Shown: positions 46,918-64,000 of the stretch, in pieces
Layout of the letters: every line of letters begins with the position of its first letter
Numbering within the stretch: the first letter of the stretch is position 1
Source of the DNA: the human T2T-CHM13v2.0 reference genome, Homo sapiens
Length of the DNA stretch: 64,000 nt
Assembly (NCBI RefSeq): GCF_009914755.1
Contig: NC_060935.1
Direction: 5' to 3' (one strand)
Made by a program: the position numbers and the translations under genes
Notes under the pieces: model-generated
Told to the model about the DNA's origin: nothing
Databases searched by the model: none
Seen by the model: only the letters and a program-made list of their open reading frames with translations

Positions 46918-47076
46918 GAAGCGATGAGTCTACAAGATGTATCCACAATGAAGTTCATTGATAAGTGTAGGAAAAAACTGAAAATAGTAAAAATGTCCAC
47001 CAGTAAAGACATTAAATAAATAACTTATGGTGCAGTTACAACTGGAAAAGTCAGCCATTAAAAATGATGTAAAACA

Positions 47077-47381
47077 GACTGGGTACAGTGGCTCACACCT
47101 GTAATCTCAGCACTTTGGGAGGCCAAGGCAGGAGGATCACTTGAGCCCAGGAAGTTGAGACTGCCTTGAACCATGATCGTGCCACTGCACTGCAGCCTAG
47201 GCACCAGCAAGACCCTGTCTCAAAAAAATAAAAAATAATTTTTTTAAAAAATGATGTAAAACAGCTGGGCACAGTGGCTCACGCCTGTAATCCTCTAACC
47301 CTTTGGAAGCCGAGGCAGGAGGATCACTTTGAGCCCAGGAGTTTGAGACCAGCCTGGGCAATATAGTGAGACCCCATCTCA
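47077..47381 (+). mobile_element. Two Alu monomers (47077-47240, 47263-47381)
   Basis: Each preceded by AAAAATGATGTAAAACAG. Confidence 0.85.
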
Positions 47382-47404
47382 TTTTTTAAAAAGATTATGT
47401 GAAT

Positions 47405-47575
47405 CACCCCTATTCTATAGAACTTTCTGTGATGGTGAAAATGTCCTATAAATCTGGGCTGTCCAGAACCATACTTAACTAGCCACATGTGGCTAGTGTG
47501 ACTGAGGAATGGATTTTTTATTTTTTATTTTAATAGCCACATATGGCCAGTGGCTACTATGTTGGATAGCACAGG
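47405..47575. mobile_element. MER3/MER33-type DNA-transposon fossil
   Basis: tagaactttctgtgatg...tagccacatgtggctag...gtggctact..ttggatagcacag. Confidence 0.7.
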
Positions 47576-47979
47576 GACATACACTTACTAAAATGATAAA
47601 GTATTTGCAATATAGTTACTGAAAACAGTAAGTTTCAGAATATGTAAAATATGATCATTTTTGTTTAAAAAATGTCTGTGTGTGTGTAAATAAGGACAGA
47701 AAAGCTAGAAGGACAAAATGTTAAATTAGCAAGATGTTAACAGTGTTTATCTCTGGATGGTAGTTTTTGTCTTTTCTGTTTTTTGTTTGGTTTTGGTTTT
47801 TTGCTTGTCTATATTTTCTGCAGTGAAAATGAATTACTTAGTTTTTTAAAAAAGTAGTTCCTTCAAAATGTTTAGAAATAAAATAACAGTAGTTCCCAGA
47901 GGTCTCCAAATAAACTATACCTAATAAGGAAAAGAGTGCTAATGGATTGAGTTTTCAGAGACTTTGGATTCTTTTCCAG

Positions 47980-48160
47980 AGATCAAGTCACTCTTTGTGC
48001 ATCCCTTCCTGGCTGAGCGCATCATCTCCATGTTGAACTACTTCCTGCAACACCTGGTTGGCCCCAAGATGGGTGCCTTAAAAGTCAAGGACTTCAGCGA
48101 ATTTGACTTCAAACCCCAGCAGCTTGTATCAGATATCTGCACTATCTACTTAAATCTTGG
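47980..48160 (+). CDS. UBE4A: UBE4A exon 17
   Basis: (E)[29 protein letters not shown]...IYLNL; 181 nt. Confidence 0.95.
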
Positions 48161-48324
48161 GTACCTGAGATTGAAATCTGTCAAGCCAGAGGGGATGCTG
48201 TTTTGATTTAGGGTTTTGATAGTAGAATGACTGGTTGGTAATTATGTGAAAATAGAAAAGAAATGGTTAATTCCTAGTTGCTTGATGAAGGAATCTTCTG
48301 TAGTTTTAAATAAGGAGATTTTAT

Positions 48325-48445
48325 CTGGGCAAGGTGTCGTGTGCCTGTGGTCCAAGCTACTTGGGAGGCTGAAGTGGGAGGATTGCTTAAGGCCAGGAGT
48401 TTGAGACCAGCCTGGGCAACACAGCAGGACTCTGTCTCTAAAAAC
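48325..48445 (+). mobile_element. Alu monomer (FLAM-like)
   Basis: Single arm. Confidence 0.8.
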
Positions 48446-48611
48446 TAGTAAGATTTTGTGTGACCCATGGGACATTGAGATTTCCAGTATTCTGCTTTGA
48501 TCTGTGCAAAGAGAAACTTTACTGGTTGTACCACTGTTTAGAAAAGTAGCATTCTTTTAAGGTCACATGATACTTGATAGACTTCCTAGAAAGTCTTTCT
48601 GTATCAAAAAG

Positions 48612-48770
48612 TATATATATTAAATATATAATATATTTAATATATATTATTTATAATTTATTATATTTTATATAATATAATTTTATATAATTATAATAAA
48701 ATATATATTATATTTTATTATAAATAATAAATAATAAAATAATATTTATATATTATAAATAATATATATT
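48612..48770. repeat. 159-nt tract containing only A and T
   Basis: No G or C between 48612 and 48770. Confidence 0.95.
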
Positions 48771-48905
48771 GAAATAAGTCTTTCTATATCAAAAGAATGT
48801 TCATGGCTTTTAAGTGGTGAGAATGCTTGTTCTGCAGCCTACCTATTGTCTCTTCCATTGACCAACCCTCTGGTGATCAGTTTTTTTCTGATGCTAATGT
48901 TCCAG

Positions 48906-49053
48906 GGATGAGGAGAATTTCTGTGCCACTGTGCCCAAGGATGGACGTTCCTATTCCCCAACTCTCTTTGCACAGACAGTTCGAGTCTTGAAGAAAATAA
49001 ATAAGCCTGGGAATATGATTATGGCTTTCAGCAACTTGGCAGAGAGAATCAAG
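48906..49053 (+). CDS. UBE4A: UBE4A exon 18
   Basis: [17 protein letters not shown]...AERIK; 148 nt. Confidence 0.95.
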
Positions 49054-49103
49054 GTGAGGAAGAGGAGGAATTGTTTGCTGATTTCATTAAGAACCACGTT
49101 GTC

Positions 49104-50062
<959 letters not shown>

Positions 50063-50987
50063 ATTTAAGAAACCTCAACTAGAAGAGAAGAATGTGCACA
50101 TTTATGTAAGATGTTTTTATGAAAACGTTTATGCACAGTGTTACCAATAGATTTTAAAAGCTAGGGTGTTAATGCAGAATAACTTTTTAGAAAAAAAAAA
50201 AGATGAGTAGTTTTCAGTCATTAATTTTTATTTGGATTGTCTCTATGTTTGTAGTTGGTAGTTGGCTTTTATTGGAATATGCATACATTTTAAAGATTAA
50301 AATACTATATTGTATTTAGCTAAATCCCTTTGGTTAGAGTATGACAGAGCTCTATTAGCAGGTAAGAAGAAGGAAGATCATGGCACAAAAGTCTAATAGA
50401 AAACCTTCCTTATTGCTGTCAGTCTTCCCTCTATTGAGTTTCTTTTTTATTGAGTTGGACTTCATCTTTGTTTAGAGCTTAGCCAGGTGGATCCCTGAGG
50501 AACTCAAGTTGTGAAGGAATTAAATGTCAAAATGACTTTAAAATTCCTATACCTGTTTGTATCAAAAATCAAAAACTGCTTTTCATACACAGGCTGCATG
50601 AGTGACTCTAATTATGCAAATAATACCCTCCTCCATTCTCCCTTCTCCATCCACTTTTGAATTATGGCATTTACAACAGAACTGTTGCCAGATGGATGTT
50701 ATATCTGATGTATTTCTTTTCCTCCTAACATTTAAACCCATTTCCAGTATGACTGCCAGCAGCTGAGCCAACCTAAAGGTCCAGAGTTGGGGCTCAATGC
50801 TTAATTTGTTCTTAGAATATCTTGGCTTGTTTTTGAGAAAATGAAGCTCACGTGTGTCACTGTCACTGTCAAGGGTTATTAATGACCTGTTTTTTTATTT
50901 TTGAGATGGAGTCTTGCTCTGTCATTGAGCACGCTGAATTCAGCTACACTGTGAATTCACTTTAACTACCAGATGTTGTATACTCAG

Positions 50988-51145
50988 TCTCTTGCAGACC
51001 TCCAACAACAGGAAGAGGAAACCTATGCAGATGCCTGTGATGAGTTCCTGGATCCCATTATGAGCACACTGATGTGTGACCCTGTGGTGCTGCCATCTTC
51101 CAGAGTCACTGTGGATAGATCCACCATTGCAAGACATTTGCTCAG
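50988..51145 (+). CDS. UBE4A: UBE4A exon 19 (N-terminal part of U-box)
   Basis: [52 protein letters not shown]; 158 nt. Confidence 0.95.
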
Positions 51146-51299
51146 GTAGGCCAGTCCCAAAAACAGACTCAAGAGCATATATATATATTAGTTTGCTATC
51201 TTTTTCTCCCAGGCACCTAAGACAGTACTTTGCACCCAACACATACCACATATTATTGATTTACTGATATGTTGGAAGACATTTTGGTTTCAATTGCTA

Positions 51300-54370
<3,071 letters not shown>

Positions 54371-54563
54371 ATAGACAAAGTAGCTACAAAAACTCCTGAA
54401 TCATCTTGTTCTCACTCTTTCTAACCCCAACTCGGCATTTGACTCAAAGTTATAATGCACTCTGGCTTCATTCTTAAGATGCGACGCCCAGGTGTTCTGT
54501 TTTTGGCTTAGAATGTTAGAACTTATGGAAATAACCCTATTTCCCTTTCTCTCTTTGTCCCAG

Positions 54564-54690
54564 TGACCAAACAGATCCCTTTAACCGTAGTCCCCTCACC
54601 ATGGACCAGATCCGGCCAAACACAGAACTAAAAGAAAAAATCCAACGGTGGCTTGCAGAGAGGAAACAACAAAAGGAGCAACTTGAATAG
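54564..54690 (+). CDS. UBE4A: UBE4A exon 20 coding part (end of U-box, stop)
   Basis: [44 protein letters not shown]; 127 nt. Confidence 0.96.
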
Positions 54691-57438
54691 ATACTGTGAA
54701 CTAACCAAACCAAAACCAACCCCAGAGTGCAGATAAACAATTGTTTGTGGTTTCTCTCTTTCTGGTTCTGTTCCTTTTCTTTCTTCTTTTCTTTTTCTTT
54801 TTTTTTTTTTTTTTTTACTAAATTAGAGAACTGCTCTTGCTGAAATTATGATAGTTAAGATTCCTAAGAACTTGACAATGCTCCCCTGGCTTGCAGGAAA
54901 TTATACTTATTATAGCATCACCAAGTTTAGAAATCATCACTAATTTTCACCCTCTGTTGTCTCTTCATATTCTTCTTCCTTTTCCTAAATGAAATTATAT
55001 TATTTCAACTACTAAAACTTCCCGCCACCCTGCTATTTCTCTTCCAATTACTGTTCAAACATTTTTGGTGAGTGCTGCTTTTATAAATATGTGATGTCAC
55101 ATATTTCAGTGACAGCTGATGTTATCAGAAAAATCCTGTTATCCTGTGTATTTACTAGTCCTCATGATCTAGACTTAACCCCTTTTCTGTGTTACAGAGT
55201 AACTTCACATAAAAGCAGATACCTTTAAGTTTGTGTAGACTTCTGAATAAGATGATAGACGAGAATTTTTTTAAAAAAAGGAATTTAAAGGAATCTTGTG
55301 CAACTTCTGTTGATAGCTCTTAATTTTGTTATACAGTCTTTTTAATGAGGATTGGTAGGGCAATCCTACCAATTGATGGGGGTGAGGAGACTGTTGGGCC
55401 CTTATTCTCTTATGAAAATCTGTTTCTACAAGGACTAGACCTAAGTAGATTTAGGCAACGGGTATCATATCCATGAAAAATGTCATTTTAAGACACTAAT
55501 ATCAACAGTATATCTCAGTGTGTGAGATATATAAATACACATACACCCCATGTGCTTTTTTGTTGGTTTAGTGTAAACTGAGTACCACTTTATATTTTCT
55601 CTTCCATAGTGAGATGTATGCAGTATGTGGCCATGTTTACTAACATACTCATTCTTCACAAAATTCTGAGATTATAAAATGTATATAGTTAATATTTGTT
55701 TGAGCTTGTGACCTGACTTCTAAGAGCTACTTCTAACACAGCCTTAGGTCTTCAATTAACAAAGTAGGAAGTTGAGCACAACCTTGTCCACAGCCATTTT
55801 AAATATCCACTTAGCCCTGTGTAGTTGGTAGGTGGACACCACTTTCATAAGTGAACTTGAGCTCACTACTCAATTGTGCAGCTTAATATGCTGACTAGGG
55901 ACATTCCCCTATGGATTATCTTTATATCACTGTCTTTCTAAGCCCAGAGATGTCATAAGTGACAAGAAAAGTGATAGGATCAAGAAATGGGTGTCACTGC
56001 TTCATTTGGAACATGTTATTAACTATGGTCTCTTTCAAATAAATAGTAGTTTTATATTTCAACACAAGTTGCTATAAGCAGTCCTTGATGGGTTTTTGAT
56101 TGCATCAGCTGGAAAGCCTCAAATCTAAGAGGGCTTCCCATCCTAGATATAAAATAGGTGTTGCCTATTGCTGTGCTTATAAAATGAAAAAGGAAATTGA
56201 GGACACTTTTGCAAATGCCAGAATGTAAGATTCATTCAGTGTGCTCCCTGGGCCTTTATGGCATGGGTTGACAGGATTTGTTTATTTTCTAAAATTAGCT
56301 TCATTCAATATTTATCATCCTCCTTTCCCTCTCTGAGAATGAACTATGTATAAAATAAGCTTCTGCCTATTTGCATTTATCTTCCAAACCCAATCTAGTA
56401 GGATGTTCTCATTTTAAAAACGAGGGGAAAAGACCAGAGTTTTTCAGGAGAAAACTGGAGGAAAATGGGCACAAAAACTCAGAAGGCAGCTATTCCCAGC
56501 AGCTTCCTAGTTAACAACCCCCATGCTGCCTCCAGTCTTTGTCTGTATTCTTCTGTATTTAACCTTCAGATTGTAAGCCTTTTCTGGCAAGCTTTTCTTC
56601 TTTTTTTAAACTCTTTTCCTGAAACTTTTTATGAATGGCTATGGCACCATTAATGCTGCTGAATATCTTTAAACTCTGCACAAGCAAGTGTGTAGCTTAA
56701 GGCCACTACTGGTAAGGAAACCAAGTGTCCTCTGTGCCTTTTTTCTTTCTGTGAAGTAATTTAAGAATATCCAAAAAAATTAGACTTTAAAAAGTTATCT
56801 TGGTACAACACCGTGTGTATATACACTTGGAAGCTTAAAAAGGTGTTTTGTCTGGAACTTAGAAGCAGCTCTAAATCTAGTAGAGCAGACTTTCTAACAT
56901 ACCTAGTTTTGTGTATTGGCTTTGCTGGAGTATGATAGCAAAATGAAGACTCTTTTACTCAGCTCTGGTATTGCTCATAACTTACCAAGAGGCTAATACT
57001 AAACTTGGAAAATTGTTTAAGTATGTTTTATCAAGCAGTCTGGGTTTTGTTTTTTAATATACTTTTTAATGGATATGTGAAAACTGAAGGAAATGTTAAA
57101 GGTTTTTTAATGGTGCAAGTGAAGGTGCCAGTTGCTATTTGATATCACACTCTACAAAAGCTTCATTACTTTATTTGATGGTGGTTGCTAAGCAGCCATT
57201 GCACAGAGCATAAGTCTACTGGGTGCCTTTACATGCCAGAGGCTGATGCTGCACTGTTGATGTCATGTGAGGAAATAATGCACATGCTCTAACTGCTCAA
57301 CAGGAAATGAACCTAGAAACAGAAAATGAAAAGGTTGATTGAAATAAAACTTGATCAACGCGACTGTATTTTGAAACATTCCAGGAAGGTTACTTCTTGT
57401 CAAACTTGCCTGGCAGTGTTTGTTCAAAACTTGTATTT

Positions 57439-57444
57439 AATAAA
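57439..57444 (+). terminator. UBE4A: Probable distal UBE4A polyadenylation signal
   Basis: TGTA directly upstream of AATAAA, T-rich downstream; other AATAAA at 56038 and 57343. Confidence 0.6.
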
Positions 57445-58164
57445 TGAACATCTGACTTACAACCTTTGTTATCACTTTATTCCAGTATTAAAAGCTAGTG
57501 GCAGTTTCAGAAATCCCCCTGAAAACTTAGAGGATTCTGACGTTTCACTTTTTTTTTAGGTAAGTAACATCAAATATGTGTGACCTGGCTGACCCAGCCT
57601 GCCTTACCAGGCCTCTGGAGGGGACCCTGGGGTTACCCTCAGGAGATGAATCTCACAGTATGGTTTTCCTAACCAGCTCTCTTTTGGCTTCACTGTTTTT
57701 CTTTATCTGGCCTGAACCCCAGGTCTTTGTAATCATTTGCTGTTATCTTCCCCTTTCTTGCTCCTTGTTTCCATACCCCTGCCATGCAAGATGTCAGCCT
57801 AGATTAACTCAGCCATTCCCCTCTGCTGTAATATCCAAACTGCAGACCATTGTTGGAGGAAAAACACAATTTTTAGAATGGTACAACCACAAACTTATCT
57901 CTAACGTTGCCCAACAACCCTTCTGTGTGTCCTTCAGCTATTCCAAACTTTGGCCTCCTTCCTCAAATTCCTTCTCATACCCCCCTCCCATTGACCCCTC
58001 ACAGTCCGATGACTTTGCCTTCATTTTGCTGGGAAGATAAAGACTTCAGAGACTTTGAAGACTTTCAGACCTCTCTCCCATAATCACATCTGTGGAAAAG
58101 GCCCCATAGATCCCTGGCTAGTTCTCTTTTCCTGCCTCATCAGGGCTCTTGTCAATATCCCTTT

Positions 58165-58295
58165 TTATCAGGCAGGATGGCCTGTGCCTGTAATCCCAGA
58201 GCTAAGCAAGAGGCTGAAGTGGGATGATCTCTTGAGGCCAGGAGTTTCAGACCAGCCTGGGCAATGTGGCAAGACCCCATCTCTAAATAAATAAA
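58165..58295 (+). mobile_element. Alu monomer (FLAM-like)
   Basis: Single arm, (TAAA)n tail. Confidence 0.8.
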
Positions 58296-59090
58296 TGACT
58301 GCCTCTTCTCTGTCTTCAATTTCTCCCCTGAGTTCCACATCCCCCTTTGGTTTTCTGACTTGTAATCCTTTACAGCCATATTTCTTCACCATTCACCCTG
58401 GATTCTATCCTAATTTTTTGAAAAGGCGCTAGTTAGTTAAAGATTGCCATATTGCTAAATTAACTTTCCCATCCTTAATTTGACTTTTCTGCAGTATCTA
58501 GGGCAGCAGAATCACTCCTTCATTGAAAAGTTCTTAGTTCCTTGATTACACTTCTAATTTTTCTTTCCATCTCTCTAACCATTCCAAAAATCGGAGATTT
58601 ACTTCTGCTCAGACTTCCCCAGGTTACATTACTTATAGTTCTGTTCCTCTCATCAAATGCCACTTCCCTACATACATCTTTTCCTCCTCATATTAAACTA
58701 TGAAGTTTCAGCCCTCTGTAGTATACAGCTGTTCTCTTACACATCGGCTCAAGGATCTTTTCTAGGAAGTATGCTGAAATCAGCACCATGCCTAATCTGA
58801 TGGAATGCCCCCTCTCTGAGTATACATTGCAACTTCAGATCTCAACTCTGCCACTTCCAAACTGTGTGGCCATTTTTCAAGCCCAGTCTCAATGGGGACA
58901 ATGCCTTACAGGCTTTCTTTAAATTCCAAAATGCCTGGCATAGTGTGGGCGTTCAATACAGGTGATTTTTTCCTCACATCTGCACAGCTCCTTGTGGTTA
59001 ACTAGGGAATTAGGGGAAATGGATTCCAATCGTGATACAGCACTTTGGGGAGATTGGGATTACAAAAAATCAACTTTAAAAGGGCTATGG

Positions 59091-59449
<359 letters not shown>

Positions 59450-59499
59450 CTACCTCTGTACAACGATCGTGTTGGACTAGAAGAATCTCAGCGAATCCT

Positions 59500-60300
59500 T
59501 CTCCAGTACTGACTTCAAAGGTTCTCAGAATCGCGGCGAAAGCACCCTACGCAAAATAGCGGAGGTCGGCGCCAAGAAAAGCACTGCAGGTTCAGGGCGC
59601 ATGCGCATTTCCGCTCCTTGCCGGTTTTCCGGACCTCTACGAGTGGCTGCCCCACAAAATGCCTGCTTCTCTGCGGAATCCTACTGTTCTTCACATGCTC
59701 TCTAATACCATCTTTTCATATCCACTTTCTCTTCCATGTTGAAAAATTAAATTGACAGGCTGGATTCTGCAAAGATCTTTGGACATTTAAGTATCTTCGA
59801 CCGGCGCGAAAAGAGGCGGCCTGACCTTGGAAGTGGGACGGGGTCCTGCAGCGGGTCCTTCCGGCGGGTGACATTCAGCCGGCGGTTCGGGGCGACGGAC
59901 TCTCCATTCCAGAACCATGGCCCAATTTGTCCGTAACCTTGTGGAGAAGACCCCGGCGCTGGTGAACGGTGAGCGCGATGTGAGACCGCCGAGGCGGGCA
60001 CACGGGCGGCAGGGAGGCCTGCGATGGCCTGAGAGGAAGAAGCGGGCTGCGAAGACCCGAGGGGCCTGCGGGTGCCGGGGCGGGATGGCCTGCAGGTGGA
60101 GGGAGCAGGAAGCAGGTTGGCGACTCTTTTCTAGCCTTCCACTCGTCTGACCTGCAGATTGGGTTCTCTACACAACCTAGAAGTTCCTGAATTCTAACCA
60201 CGACTGGGAAGAGAGGTAGTGTGAAGGAAGCCCGGCGTTGCCCGGCAGCTGCAACCATTACGCCCCCTGAGATCGCTAAGAGCAGGGATCTAGAGGGGAT
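59500..60300 (+). promoter_or_regulatory. ATP5MG: ATP5MG CpG island promoter
   Basis: High CpG density; NRF1 GCGCATGCGCA 59597-59607; ETS cores at 59626, 59829, 59858; GGCGCGAAAA 59803-59812. Confidence 0.85.
59917..59968 (+). CDS. ATP5MG: ATP synthase Fo subunit g (ATP5L), coding part of exon 1; later exons outside the window
   Basis: ACCATGG Kozak; MAQFVRNLVEKTPALVN then G|gtgagc; 52 nt. Confidence 0.96.
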
Positions 60301-60927
60301 GGTTCTGTTAGGAGAGCTAAGAAAAGGAAGGGCAGAAACGTGAAAGTAAATCAATTCGGCCTCATTACATGTGGTGTTGTTCTCAGTGGAGTATTTGGAA
60401 GTCAACAGAAATGTTTAAGGATGGGTGAGCTTTTTTGAACGTTGACTTTGCTTTCTGTCCTAGACGGATTCTAAGATACTTCCGCTTTAATCCGAGGGAA
60501 ATTTTAGGTGGAAATGGACTTCATGGATGAGTATCCATGCCCCGAGAAGCATAGAACGGGATCCGTATAAACAATAATCTTTGTTACGAAGCTTAGCATT
60601 CGTGGAATTTTTTCAGCTTGAAGAGCCTCACTGGTAGACCGCTGTATTTCACAACAACCCTGAATAATCACAGCCTCTGAGTACTAGTTTATTTGGCCAG
60701 TAAATATTTCAGTTGTCTTCTCAGTGGCAAGCTATTCATTTTATTCCTGAAGTGAGATAAGCTAAATTGACGTAAGTTTTTCCTAGATGTGCTGTATTCC
60801 AGTAAGTGACTGAAGGTCGGATCTCTTAACTTTTGCCTACGTTTATGAAATGTGAATAGAAAGCAGAACTTCAAAAAAAATGTAATACTTTCTAGCCTAT
60901 TTTGCTGTGTTTGAGTTTGGTTTGGGT

Positions 60928-62111
<1,184 letters not shown>

Positions 62112-62539
62112 TTAAGGCACAATTCTTAATATTTCAAGGGGATTTTTTTTCTGGTGTGGCTTTCACATTTTTTAGGTGGCGCATATTAAGGAATTGCAAA
62201 CTAATTTTTGTGATCTAAAAAGAAAAGTAACACCAAGGTAATTTTTTTGTTATGAAATATATAATATGAACCCTTCCCTCCGTTGTAAATAATTGAAAGA
62301 TAACTTGTTATTCTTCCAAAAGTACTTAGAAAGGAGGACTCAACTGGGCTGGAATGTTAACGTGGAAATACATTTTGCTTTATAACATACATAGGCTAGT
62401 GTATTAAATGTGAATGTTAAATATTTAATAAAAATTACTGACTATATCTGTTAATTCCCCTGGGGGTCAAAAAAGCTTATGGAAATAAGTAAATTTATCA
62501 TCAGGTTTGCCTAGGAAGATCATAGAATCTGATTTTTTT

Positions 62540-63800
62540 TTCCCTTAACTGTAGACTTTATTTGTATTTCAATAGTTTTTCCAATAATCTTTCAGTTCCG
62601 GGATCCAATCCAGTGTACCACATTGCATTTAGTTTCTATGTCTTCCCAATCTCCTCTGGTCTGGGACAGTTTCCCAGTCTTCCCTCATCTTTCCTGACCT
62701 TGACAGTTTTAAGGTATCTAGGTATCTTGTCTGTCTAGGTATCTGTCTTGTCAAAGTATCTGTCTAGGTATCCTGAAGAATTTCCTCAATCTGGATTTGT
62801 CTGGTGTTTTTCTCATGCTTAGTTTGGCACTATGGATTTTGAGGAAATACCACAGTGAAGAGATGCCCTAATCACATGTCAGGAGGTATATGATATTCCT
62901 GTGACATCTCTGGTGATACAAGCTTTCATCACTTGGTTATAGGTTCCTCTACTGTAAAGTTACTGTTTTTCTCTCCGTGTTCTATTCTATAGAAGCAAAT
63001 AACTAAGCCTATCCCATAAAGGCAAGGTGTGATTACAGTGGGGGGATTCCATCCCCTGTAGGAGGGAATATCTACATAAATAGAATTTTTCTGTGAGAAA
63101 GATTTGTCTCTTCTCCATTTATTTATCCAGTCACTTATTGTATGGACTTGTACATTGATTTCATACTTTCTGTATCAAATACTGTATTATTGCTCAAATT
63201 ATTTCAGCCTTGGCTATTTGGGAGCTCTTTCAGGTTAGCACCTCTGTCCCTTTGACATACCGCCTCCCTTTCTGATACTACAAGATGCTTCAGATTTATA
63301 TTGTATTTTCCCTGTCCCAGCCCTAGAATCAGCCATTTCTCCAAGGAACCTTAGTTCCTTTTATTGGACAATAGAATTGAGAAACTAAGGTCTGGGTGCT
63401 GTTTATGTTCCTTGCTACCAGAATATCACTACTTCTAGGTCCTCTCATTTGACAGGAATATAGATATGTATCAGTATAGATGTGTGTATGTGTATATACA
63501 TGCATACTAAGCCATGTATATACATGCATATATGTATATATAATTATTTCTGTGTCTGTCAGTCTGTGTATATATTAAGCTAAACCTGAGTCCAACTCTA
63601 ACCCAGTACTGTGGGATTTATTCTTGCTGCTTTTCTTGTTTACCTGTAACATCACTCAACCTCCACTGAGAAATCTAGCTCCCATTATCTACCATTCATT
63701 ATGTTTTATCTCTTGTATACATGTAAAGCAGTTTCAAACTCTAACCTGTATCCCCTAAGAAACAAATTTACCACCTAAAATATTGTTTATGTACAGTATA
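62540..63800 (-). mobile_element. L1MC-type 3' UTR fragments
   Basis: ggatccaatccag...cacattgcatttagtt, aatcagccatttctccaaggaacc. Confidence 0.6.
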
Positions 63801-64000
63801 CTGATTCATTTTTTTTTTAAGGATGAAATGTCTGTGTGTTGGAGATAATATTGACAATTGATTGACTTATACAAGATTGTGCTTTTTTTTTATTGTCCCA
63901 TCTTTCAGGCATTGGCAGTTCTGTTTGGAACTATCTCTTAGAGCTTTGTGTCTGCTTAAAGGTATGCCCATATCCCCAAACACAGAAGATGAGGGAGATA

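Noticed and set aside
47478-47497. Perfect 20-bp palindrome ACTAGCCACATGTGGCTAGT
   Set aside because: Intrinsic to the MER3/MER33 element it sits in
48612-48770. Identification as the 11q23 palindromic AT-rich repeat of the t(11;22) translocation
   Set aside because: Too short, not a clean long palindrome, and I recall that repeat at a different locus
57576-58040. 154-aa ORF downstream of UBE4A
   Set aside because: Pyrimidine-rich, old-repeat-like sequence with no domain, promoter or splice support
59747-60405. Antisense ORFs (84 and 176 aa) over the ATP5MG promoter
   Set aside because: Stop-poor CpG island sequence with no recognisable protein similarity

Overview
Human-type (primate) genomic DNA matching the CD3D-CD3G-UBE4A-ATP5MG neighbourhood (11q23.3 from recalled gene order). 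It holds CD3D coding exon 1 (minus strand), head-to-head with the complete CD3G gene (6 coding exons, 549 nt, 182 aa, plus a non-coding last exon). It also holds the complete UBE4A gene (non-coding exon 1 plus 19 coding exons, 3201 nt, 1066 aa; an alternative donor adds 7 aa) and ATP5MG (ATP5L) exon 1. Introns are dense in Alu, with L1/L2/MIR, LTR and DNA-transposon fossils; repeat family names are recognised from memory of consensus sequences and boundaries are approximate. The most striking unexplained structure is in CD3G. An ungapped 188-bp inverted copy (177/188 identical by hand count) of the first 188 nt of intron 5, starting exactly at the donor GT, sits in intron 2. It lies inside a MER5A-type element, is flanked by an ~18-23 bp direct repeat, and with its source brackets exons 3-5. 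Other leads: a 6-codon uORF ending 1 nt before the UBE4A start, a candidate poison exon in ATP5MG intron 1, a pure A/T insert with flanking direct repeats, and a spacer-less inverted Alu fusion.
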